Positions 53,869 to 62,231 of a stretch of DNA of 64,000 nucleotides are shown here, piece by piece. Below the pieces are notes generated by a model. That model saw nothing but the letters and a program-made list of their open reading frames with translations, did no database searches and was not told the origin of the DNA. This DNA is from an uncultured Bacteroides sp. (lineage in GTDB: Bacteria > Bacteroidota > Bacteroidia > Bacteroidales > Bacteroidaceae), in assembly GCA_946628545.1 (NCBI GenBank), contig CAMOWU010000001.1:13319-77318 (forward strand), given 5' to 3'. Numbering within the stretch: position 1 is the first letter of the stretch; every line of letters begins with the position of its first letter. The translations under genes and the position numbers were made by a program.

Positions 53869-56800
53869 TTATTCTTTGGGCTGCGTGAGGATTTTGTTAA
53901 TCAGCATGGTGATGTCCAGAAGTGAGAATCCGCCACTATAATCCATATCAGCATGGATGGCATTGAACACCGCGGGATCCTCGCCAAGCTGTTTGTTGAT
54001 GGCGATGGTGAGGTCGAGGACATCCACCTTGCCGTCATCGTTGACGTCGCCAGTCGCCTCCAAACGATAGAGACGGAAACGGGCTGCCGACATCCACAAA
54101 TTGGAACTATTGGCGGCTTCCACACCGATGGTGGCATTGCCTTGCTCAGGCTGGACAAAGGTCAGGAACACATCGTTCCAACCGCGTCCGAACACACCGC
54201 CGCTGTTGCCGATGACGGGGATATCTTTGGTGGTTCTGTCGCCATTCACATTGTCGGCGAAGAGTTGATACTTGGAAATGCCGGTCTGTGCCCTGGCGGT
54301 GGTGGTCAACACGTAGTAGCCACGCGGCAAGTCGGTGAGTTGCTGAGTAAGAGTGAACGAACTCACACTGTTCACATCAATATAAGAATAGTTGGAATTG
54401 CCTTCTGCATCGGTATAAGGTTCATTGTTGAGTGTCCAGAAATTGCCACTGCCTGTCCATCCGTCAGTGATGAGACCCTGTGCATTAGTGATATAGGAAG
54501 TGAAGTCCTCGCCTTGATAGCGTGCGGCAGCAGCGTTCGACTCCACGTAAGCCCTCAATTCTGTATATAGCGCCTCAGCCTTCAATACAGCATCGGCTGC
54601 GTTCTGTGGAGCATCAGCCAAAGTCCGCTCAAATGCAGCCTTCAGTTCTGCATCAGCATAAGGCCATGAGCTGTCTTCAAGTCCAAGGTCCGACACCGTC
54701 TCTGCGATAGCATAATAGTTATCATAGCTGGCCTTTGCCACCACAAACTCATTGGTGGCAGTATTGAGTGCCTCTATCGCTTTCTTGAGCAAAGCGGCGC
54801 TTGAAGGAGCGGCAGCATAGTCTTGAAGGGTCTGTTGCAAGGCAGTCAGTTCATCGCCTGTGACGTGGGCATAGACAGTGGAAGCCTTGGCAAACACCCT
54901 GTTGGCACGAGCCAAAGCATCGTTGTAGTTATCCACAATAGGGGCATCCGAGACATAATACAATGTCACGTTGTCGAGAGCCAGCCAGTTGGCGATGGCA
55001 GATGTCTGGTTGAGACCGATTTCCAAGGTTCCGTTGTTCACATAAACGTATGTCTCGTATGCGCTGGAATTGGTGTTGAGATACACCTCATCATCGTTGG
55101 CGTAAATGAATTGTTGCTCATCTGTTCCCAAGTTGTTCACATGAGCGGAAATCGCCAGTTTATAGGTACCAGAAGGCAGACCTGTGACAGTCTGGTACAT
55201 CTTACCCGTCATTGCCACGCCTTTCCAGTTTTCCCAAGCATGGTTGGTGAATCCGCTGTATGTAGAAGTATTGGTGGTCAAGGCGTTCGTTCGTGGTTCC
55301 ATGGTGGTTAACCATCCAGCAAACGAGTTGTTTTCAAAGGTTCCATTCTGCACATAACTGGTGGCGGTCATGGTCTTTGCTGGGCCATTATAGATAAGGC
55401 GGAAATGGTCGAACACGGTCCAGTCGTTGGTCACGGCATTGGTTTTCTTCACGCCTATCCGTAGCGTGTTGTCAGTGACTGTAACGGTAACCGAAGTCCC
55501 TGCATAAAGCCCTGCGCTGAGATAGGCGGAGGCTTCCGGTTGGGTATTCGGAATGTAACCTAACGAACTGCTGACACCCACAGTACCATTCTTGCCTGCA
55601 GCGGAGAAGATGGATGGCAGTTGTGTGGATTCCCCGTTGGCATAAAGCACGGCATTGAGCGCTTCCTTTCCAGATGAGCGCAATGAGGCTGCATCTGCAT
55701 ATCCACCATCACGATAGAATCCTTGGCAACTGAGTGTATAAACACCATTGGGGATGCCACTGAGCGTCTGATAGACATCGAAAGTGGTATTGAACTTCTC
55801 GCCATTATAATTCGCCTCAGCACCACTTATAGCCGGACTGCCGTTCCATCGGCTGTTTCTGCCATCGTTGCGGCAAAGGTCTGCAGCGGGAATGAGGAAT
55901 GTGGCGTCCTTGCAGGTCACCACCTCAGCCAGTTCATCCACGAGTGCGTCCTTGGTATGAAGTGTCCAGAGCGCATTGGCGTTGCTGGCGTCGGTAGTGG
56001 TGGTCACCTCAGTGGAAGTGCTGTTGCTGGTGAGATAGTTGGTGCCATCAGCAGTGATGAGGTATGCGACCTGTCCTTTCGCATTGGTGGTCTCAATGAA
56101 AGTCCATGACGTTGACGTTCCATCCATGAAGTAGTTGGTAGCCAGATAATGGTAGTTGGTTCCATTGCTCATGTTGGTGTCAATCGTATATTGGTTTCCG
56201 CTTCCCACGAGCACCAGGTCGGCCGCAGCCTCACTGATACTTGCTCTTGTTCCCCAAGCGTTGTCGCCAGTGAGGAACTTGCCTGTGGCGTCGTTGCGGA
56301 AATAAAAGGTTCCGTTCCCGACTGTCGAGCAAATGGCGTTGCCCTCCTCATCGGTATGGCTGTAACCGGAACCCACAACAAGATAGAGATTGCCGTCGGT
56401 TACCTCAAGATGCGAGGTCTTGTTCAAGCCTTCCAACACGATGTCGGAGAGTTCTCCGGCCACACGCTCACAAGCACCAATGGTATAACGGCCATCGGCC
56501 AGACTTGAGGCATTGCGGAACTGCACCACGGGTGTATGGTAGGTTGGACCGTATTCCCAATTCTTGGTGCCGATAGAAATGAGTTTGGTGTTCAATTGGT
56601 CAGCAAGAGTACCGTTGAAATCTATGACCACACGGGCTCCATATTTCAGATGAAGGCTATCGACTGTGATTGTGGACACTGTGCCATCGCCACCAGGATG
56701 CAAACTGGCAGCATACTCCATGGTGATGCTGCGGAATGTGCCTTTAGAGTTAAGGGTGGTGAAACGGTGGAGGCTGACGGGGCTATTGGCCAAACTGCCG

Positions 56801-59064
56801 TCGAAATTGACGGTTCCGTTCCATATTTGCGTCTCACCTGTGTATGTATGGCTGACAGCCGCCATATTGAGGATACCGTCGCCTTGTTTCACCAAGCGCA
56901 TACCGCCTGTCAGTGCACCGCCGTTGAGGTTGCAGGTGTAGGTGGTGGTGCTGATGGAGGAATTATTGTTGTTGCCTTGCACCCAAGTCGGCACATTGAT
57001 GGTGAGGATATAAGGCGAGGCACCATTGGTCACATTGAGGGTGGTGTTGGCGTTCTCGTGGAGAAGCAGGTGCTGGTTGTTGTAGCCGGTCCCAATGGTT
57101 GCGCCACTGCTGAGCTGGGTGCGTCCAGTGAGGGTCAGTGGTGGTGGCGGCACGGTGAGGTCCTCAAGCTCACCGAGGAAGAAGCTGAGGTGAGGTGGCT
57201 GGTTGTAGGCGTGCATCTGCCACACCATGGCCTGTCGGTACTGGTGGTCGAACCAGAGGGAATAGATGGGATAGGATGTAGGCATACAACTGGTGTAGAT
57301 GCGGATATAGTCGTGGCCTTCCCCCACACGCATGATGATTTCTTCGCGCCAGTCACCCATGATGTCGCCAGAGAAGCAGGGGTGGTTCTTTGTCCAGTTG
57401 TTCATCTTGCATCCCGATGAAGTGAAGAGTCGCCCACTGCCGGGTTTTAGGATAGCTGCCTCTCGCTCTGTTCCGGGGCTGTTGAGCACCTCGGAAAGGA
57501 GGTCGCCGTCATAGTAGATGCGGAAGTTGAGGTCGCTCCAAGCGATGTAGTCGCCGATCTCGCTGATGACTTTGTCGGCCACGCAACTGACCATGCCAGT
57601 CTGCGTGGTGCGTCCCATAGCACCTGGATAGGTATTGGAGAAGTTGGCACAGAGGGCGCGTCCGTCGTCGCTGCTGCTGGTCTGGCGGTGATAGATCTGG
57701 CTGGTAGTGGCGTTGCGATAGTTGGACGCTGGCTCATCCTCGTTGCATGCGAAAATCTCGAGTCCTTTACGGAAGGGGTCGAAGTCGGAGCAATGGAGGG
57801 CATCGCCATGACCTAATCCCGTGGTGGAAAGTCCCTTTCCATTGTCGTCGATGACCATTGATCCATAGACAATCTCGTCGCGTCCGTCCATATCGACGTC
57901 GGCGATGCAGTAGTTGTGGTTGCCGTTGCCATACCAGGGGTCGTTCCACCCGCCATTGTTCTCCCAAGTCCAGCGAAGGGTGAGTGAGTGGGTGCTGGGA
58001 TCCACATCGTAGGCGGCCATCTTGTGGCGTGTGTAGATACCGCGTGCGAGGAAGATGCTGGGTTTCTTACCATCGAGGAAGGGAGCGCCGAAGAAGTACT
58101 TGGAGGAGCGGTGTCCGTAACTGTCGCCCCAATCGCTGGCTTTACCACGGGTCAACGGATACGACATATATCTGACGGCATCGTAAATGATACCGTGGTC
58201 GCCATCCATATACACGAGGAATTCATCGCCCGTATTGGTGTAGGTCATGTTGGCGGTGTGGGTGACACTGCCACGTGTGTCCACACCATTCCTACCTATG
58301 CGCTGAGGCCATTCCTGACGGGAAGCGCCACGCTGGCCATGAACCATCATGTTGTCGGCGCCACGCAACAGCACCTCGGCCTTGCCGTCGCCATCCCAGT
58401 CGTAGGCGATGATGTTGAGCTCGTGGCTGCCTCCGCTGACCATGTTGGGACCGGCATCTATCCACCAGAGCAACGTACCATCCATCTTGTAGGCGTCGAT
58501 GCGGTCGTAGGCTCCATCGCTGCGGCTGACATAGTTGGCGGCATCGTCCATCGTGCTGCGGCGCTTGACGATGATTTCCATCTCGCCGTCGCCATCGAGG
58601 TCGGCGACCTCACAGTCATTGGCGATGTAGGTGTTGGTGATGTCTTTGCCACTGTTGTCATAAACCTTGGCAAGTGGAATGTCAAAATATCCGGACTCAC
58701 AGGTGGTGTACAACTTGTACTTATACCCGGCCCATACGTTCACCGCTTTGCACTGGCTCTGCTCCACCCCGCGCACCACTGCGCTCACCGTATAGGTGCT
58801 CGAGGCTGTGCCCTCGCTATCGGTGAAGTTGGATACGGTCAGAGGGGTATCGTTGAGGCGGGTTCCATTGCGATACACGTTGTACTTCGTGTCGTAGTAC
58901 TCTTCAGCGAGTATTCGCCAACTCAGATACACTCCGGCTTCCACTTTCGAAGCCACCAGTCCACGTCCCAACTGGTCGGTGGGGCGCTGGGCATGAATCA
59001 CTGTGAGAGCAAGTACTGACAAGAGTACAGACAGGGAAAATCTTTTCAAGGATGGTCTCATCAT
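53869..59064 (-). CDS. Rhamnogalacturonan lyase, polysaccharide lyase family 11 (YesW/YesX-like beta-propeller) with beta-trefoil-like, three beta-sandwich, FIVAR-like and C-terminal dockerin modules
   Basis: PL11 blocks present: DQLGRGLVASKVEAGVYLSWRIL..YNVYRNG; VADLDGDGEMEIIVKR; YDWDGDGKAEVLLRGADN; DWGDSYGHRSS; NHNYCIADVDMDGRDEIVYGSMVIDDNGKGLSTTGLGHGDALH; GDWREEIIMR; YNQPPHLSFFLG. The C-terminal 60 aa form a dockerin-like pair. ATG 59064 (MMRPSLKRFSLSVLLSVLALTVIHAQ) is preferred over the listed TTG at 59094. Confidence 0.9.
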   Translation of the reverse strand: MMRPSLKRFSLSVLLSVLALTVIHAQRPTDQLGRGLVASKVEAGVYLSWRILAEEYYDTKYNVYRNGTRLNDTPLTVSNFTDSEGTASSTYTVSAVVRGVEQSQCKAVNVWAGYKYKLYTTCESGYFDIPLAKVYDNSGKDITNTYIANDCEVADLDGDGEMEIIVKRRSTMDDAANYVSRSDGAYDRIDAYKMDGTLLWWIDAGPNMVSGGSHELNIIAYDWDGDGKAEVLLRGADNMMVHGQRGASRQEWPQRIGRNGVDTRGSVTHTANMTYTNTGDEFLVYMDGDHGIIYDAVRYMSYPLTRGKASDWGDSYGHRSSKYFFGAPFLDGKKPSIFLARGIYTRHKMAAYDVDPSTHSLTLRWTWENNGGWNDPWYGNGNHNYCIADVDMDGRDEIVYGSMVIDDNGKGLSTTGLGHGDALHCSDFDPFRKGLEIFACNEDEPASNYRNATTSQIYHRQTSSSDDGRALCANFSNTYPGAMGRTTQTGMVSCVADKVISEIGDYIAWSDLNFRIYYDGDLLSEVLNSPGTEREAAILKPGSGRLFTSSGCKMNNWTKNHPCFSGDIMGDWREEIIMRVGEGHDYIRIYTSCMPTSYPIYSLWFDHQYRQAMVWQMHAYNQPPHLSFFLGELEDLTVPPPPLTLTGRTQLSSGATIGTGYNNQHLLLHENANTTLNVTNGASPYILTINVPTWVQGNNNNSSISTTTYTCNLNGGALTGGMRLVKQGDGILNMAAVSHTYTGETQIWNGTVNFDGSLANSPVSLHRFTTLNSKGTFRSITMEYAASLHPGGDGTVSTITVDSLHLKYGARVVIDFNGTLADQLNTKLISIGTKNWEYGPTYHTPVVQFRNASSLADGRYTIGACERVAGELSDIVLEGLNKTSHLEVTDGNLYLVVGSGYSHTDEEGNAICSTVGNGTFYFRNDATGKFLTGDNAWGTRASISEAAADLVLVGSGNQYTIDTNMSNGTNYHYLATNYFMDGTSTSWTFIETTNAKGQVAYLITADGTNYLTSNSTSTEVTTTTDASNANALWTLHTKDALVDELAEVVTCKDATFLIPAADLCRNDGRNSRWNGSPAISGAEANYNGEKFNTTFDVYQTLSGIPNGVYTLSCQGFYRDGGYADAASLRSSGKEALNAVLYANGESTQLPSIFSAAGKNGTVGVSSSLGYIPNTQPEASAYLSAGLYAGTSVTVTVTDNTLRIGVKKTNAVTNDWTVFDHFRLIYNGPAKTMTATSYVQNGTFENNSFAGWLTTMEPRTNALTTNTSTYSGFTNHAWENWKGVAMTGKMYQTVTGLPSGTYKLAISAHVNNLGTDEQQFIYANDDEVYLNTNSSAYETYVYVNNGTLEIGLNQTSAIANWLALDNVTLYYVSDAPIVDNYNDALARANRVFAKASTVYAHVTGDELTALQQTLQDYAAAPSSAALLKKAIEALNTATNEFVVAKASYDNYYAIAETVSDLGLEDSSWPYADAELKAAFERTLADAPQNAADAVLKAEALYTELRAYVESNAAAARYQGEDFTSYITNAQGLITDGWTGSGNFWTLNNEPYTDAEGNSNYSYIDVNSVSSFTLTQQLTDLPRGYYVLTTTARAQTGISKYQLFADNVNGDRTTKDIPVIGNSGGVFGRGWNDVFLTFVQPEQGNATIGVEAANSSNLWMSAARFRLYRLEATGDVNDDGKVDVLDLTIAINKQLGEDPAVFNAIHADMDYSGGFSLLDITMLINKILTQPKE

Positions 59065-59158
59065 TGTTAGGCTATAATAGTAAAAAGAAAACAACTGGAC
59101 ACACCAATACGATATGTCCTATTTTACCTCTGCAATGTTTTTATTACATTTTATTCTG

Positions 59159-59166
59159 CAAAATTA
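59159..59166 (-). promoter_or_regulatory. Bacteroidota -7 promoter box (TAATTTTG) for the PL11 gene
   Basis: The plus-strand caaaatta is gtgTAATTTTGcag on the minus strand, about 95 nt upstream of ATG 59064. Confidence 0.4.
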
Positions 59167-59376
59167 CACATTATGAAAGACTTAACAAAAGAAAAGCGTG
59201 GCATTTGTTTTCATTCCACAAAAAAGATTTAAAGAACGCACCTTCATCCTTCACGATTTAGTCTTCGTGTTTGCATTCATCAACATCTCCGAAACATTTT
59301 GCGATGCCAACAGGAAATAGATACAAAAACAAAAAGATGTGTTACAGCAAAAAACACGGAATTGGGAAATAGAGGG

Positions 59377-59384
59377 TAATTTTG
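59377..59384 (+). promoter_or_regulatory. Bacteroidota -7 promoter box (TAATTTTG) for the GH43 gene
   Basis: taattttg followed by cag lies 37 nt upstream of ATG 59421. This supports the start MKHLFSKRITAALAI over the listed 59382. Confidence 0.45.
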
Positions 59385-59420
59385 CAGTATAATTTCAAAT
59401 ATATACCTAACAACCCAACA

Positions 59421-62201
59421 ATGAAGCATCTATTCAGCAAACGAATCACGGCTGCCCTCGCAATCACAGTCAGCACTGTGGGCATGACAGCCCAGAACCC
59501 TATTGTACAGACCTGTTTCACCTCCGACCCTGCCCCAATGGTACACGGCGACCGCATCTATGTCTATACAGGACACGATGAGGATGGCGCCGACTTTTTC
59601 TGGATGCAGGAATGGCGCGTCTATTCATCGGCCGACATGGTCAACTGGACCGACCACGGTTCACCACTGGCTTTGGAGAGTTTCCATTGGGCCGACGACC
59701 GCGCCTGGGCGAGCCAGTGCATCGAGCGCAATGGCAAGTTCTACTGGTACATCTGTGCCCATTCCAAGCTTTCGGGGGGCATGGCGATAGGTGTGGCTGT
59801 CAGCGACAAACCCACAGGCCCCTTCCGCGACGCCATTGGCAAACCACTCTTCGAAAACGGCTCCTGGGACCACATCGACCCAACAGTGATGATTGACGAC
59901 GACGGTCAAGCCTGGCTCTACTGGGGCAACCCACGAGTCTATTACCTGAAACTCAACCCCGACATGATTTCCTATGAAGGGGAGCTGGGACAGGTGGAGA
60001 TGACAGAGCAGGGCTTTGGATCACCTGCGATGAACCAGCGGGAGAAGGGCAAAGAATATAAGGACAGCTATGTGGAGGGACCATGGATTATGAAACGCCC
60101 CACAGCACAGGAACAAGGCAAGAAAGGAAAGAAAAACGCGAAAGGCGCCGACCCTTATTTCTTGCTCTATGCCGCTGGCGGAGTGCCCGAGCACATCTCC
60201 TACAGCACCTCCCCCACCCCCATAGGCCCATGGACCTACGCAGGCGCCATCATGCCGCTCTGCGACACAGGGTCGTTCACCAATCATTGTGGTGTGGCCC
60301 ACTTCAAAGGTCATGACTATTTCTTCTATCACACGGGCAAACTACCTGGCGGTGGCGGATTCGGACGCAGTGCCGCTGTGGAGGAATTCAAATACAATGC
60401 CGACGGCACTTTCCCCACCATCATGCCCACGGCTGAAGGCGTGGCTCCCGTAGGGACATTCAACCCCTACACTTGGGTTGAGGCAGAGACCATGGCATAT
60501 TCCAAAGGACTGAAGACCGAGGAAGATGACTCCATCGGCGTCTATGTCAGCGACGTCCATAATGGTGACTACATCAAACTGAGGGCAGTGGATTTCCGTC
60601 GTCTCATGCCACGCACCTTCACTGCCACCGTGGCCAGCGGACTGAGAGGTGGTGCCATCGAAGTACGCCTCGACAGTCTCCAAGGAGAGATGATCACCCG
60701 CTTGCAGGTAGGCCACACTGGCGGATGGAACCGTTGGCAGACACTCGTCAGCGACATCACATCGAAGGTCGTTGGCGTCCACGACCTCTATTTGGTGTTC
60801 ACTGGCCGCAAAGGTCCCAAGCTCTTCAACTTCGACCGCTGGCAGATGCGTGGCATCGAACAGTGCAACATGCCCATCTCACAGACCAAGTTCAATGCCG
60901 ACCCTTCACCCCTTGTGATTGGCGACACCCTCTTCCTCTTCACATCCCACGACTCTTCGCCCGAGCATATCGCCGACCCCAACGAGAAGAGCTCAGCAGG
61001 TTTCTTCATGTACGACTGGTTGCTCTACACCACCACCGACATGGTGAACTGGACGGAGCACGGTGCGGTGGCATCGCTCAAGGACTTCGCATGGCGCAGC
61101 CGCGACAACGGTGGATGGGCCATCCAATGTGTGGAACGCAATGGAAAATATTACCTCTACGCTCCCCTACATGGCCACGGCATCGGTGTGCTGACCAGCG
61201 ACTCACCTTATGGTCCCTTCAAAGATCCTCTGGGCGAACCCTTAGTCTGGGACAAGAACAACTGGTATGATATCGACCCCACAGTCTATACCGACCGCGA
61301 CGGACAGGCCTACATGTACTGGGGCAACCCCATCACCATGTACGCTCGTCTCAACAACGACATGATCTCACTCAAAGACAGCGTCACTCACCTGCCCTAC
61401 CGCATCGAGCACTACCAGGAAGGGCCATGGTTCTATGAGCGCAACGGCCACTACTACTTGGCATTCGCATCAACCTGCTGCCCAGAAGGACTGGGCTACG
61501 CCATGAGCGACTCCCCTACTGGACCATGGAAGACCATGGGCTACATCATGGCTCCCACACCACGCGACAGAGGCAACCATCCTGGCATCTGCGACTTCAA
61601 GGGACACAGCTACTGCTTCGGACAGAACTACGACCTCATGCACATCGACATCCAAAGACACTATGAGCGCCGCTCGGTGACCTGTGCGGAAATCACCTAT
61701 AACGCCGACGGAACAATCCAGGAACTTCCCTATTGGCTCGACCAGCAGCCACTGGAACAACTGCATTGGCTGAATCCCTATCAACGGGTGGAAGCAGAGA
61801 CCATGGCATGGGGTTATGGACTCAAGACGGCGAAGATGGGCATTGAGAACACTGGTATCGTGGCCGACATGCCTTTCTCCACTGGCAAACGCAACATGTA
61901 CGTCAACGACATCGACAATGATGAGTACATCCGCATCAGAGGTGTGGACTTCGGCAGCACCGAGGCCAAGCAGTTCCTGCTACAAGCCGCAGCCACAGGC
62001 TCATGCCATGTGACGCTCCACATCGACCAATACGACGGTCCTGTCATCGGTGAACTGACTGTAAAGCCCACTGGTTCTGCCGACAACTACCGTTCGTTCA
62101 TCAGCAAGGTGAATGGAGCGACTGGCATTCACGACCTCTATCTCTATTTCGACAAGGCAGAGGGAGAGGTAAGACTGGACTACTGGATGTTCAAGAAATA
62201 A
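59421..62201 (+). CDS. Glycoside hydrolase family 43 enzyme with tandem GH43-CBM6-like duplication
   Basis: It has two five-bladed-propeller GH43 modules: NPIVQTCFTSDPAPMVHGDRIYVYTGHD...YVEGPWIMKR and FNADPSPLVIGDTLFLFTSHD...YQEGPWFYERNGHYYLAF. Each is followed by a CBM6-like block: NPYTWVEAETMAYSKGLKTEE...GDYIKLRAVDF and NPYQRVEAETMAWGYGLKTAK...DEYIRIRGVDF. Confidence 0.9.
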   Translation: MKHLFSKRITAALAITVSTVGMTAQNPIVQTCFTSDPAPMVHGDRIYVYTGHDEDGADFFWMQEWRVYSSADMVNWTDHGSPLALESFHWADDRAWASQCIERNGKFYWYICAHSKLSGGMAIGVAVSDKPTGPFRDAIGKPLFENGSWDHIDPTVMIDDDGQAWLYWGNPRVYYLKLNPDMISYEGELGQVEMTEQGFGSPAMNQREKGKEYKDSYVEGPWIMKRPTAQEQGKKGKKNAKGADPYFLLYAAGGVPEHISYSTSPTPIGPWTYAGAIMPLCDTGSFTNHCGVAHFKGHDYFFYHTGKLPGGGGFGRSAAVEEFKYNADGTFPTIMPTAEGVAPVGTFNPYTWVEAETMAYSKGLKTEEDDSIGVYVSDVHNGDYIKLRAVDFRRLMPRTFTATVASGLRGGAIEVRLDSLQGEMITRLQVGHTGGWNRWQTLVSDITSKVVGVHDLYLVFTGRKGPKLFNFDRWQMRGIEQCNMPISQTKFNADPSPLVIGDTLFLFTSHDSSPEHIADPNEKSSAGFFMYDWLLYTTTDMVNWTEHGAVASLKDFAWRSRDNGGWAIQCVERNGKYYLYAPLHGHGIGVLTSDSPYGPFKDPLGEPLVWDKNNWYDIDPTVYTDRDGQAYMYWGNPITMYARLNNDMISLKDSVTHLPYRIEHYQEGPWFYERNGHYYLAFASTCCPEGLGYAMSDSPTGPWKTMGYIMAPTPRDRGNHPGICDFKGHSYCFGQNYDLMHIDIQRHYERRSVTCAEITYNADGTIQELPYWLDQQPLEQLHWLNPYQRVEAETMAWGYGLKTAKMGIENTGIVADMPFSTGKRNMYVNDIDNDEYIRIRGVDFGSTEAKQFLLQAAATGSCHVTLHIDQYDGPVIGELTVKPTGSADNYRSFISKVNGATGIHDLYLYFDKAEGEVRLDYWMFKK

Positions 62202-62231
62202 AAACAATGATTCCAAACACAGATGCTATAT

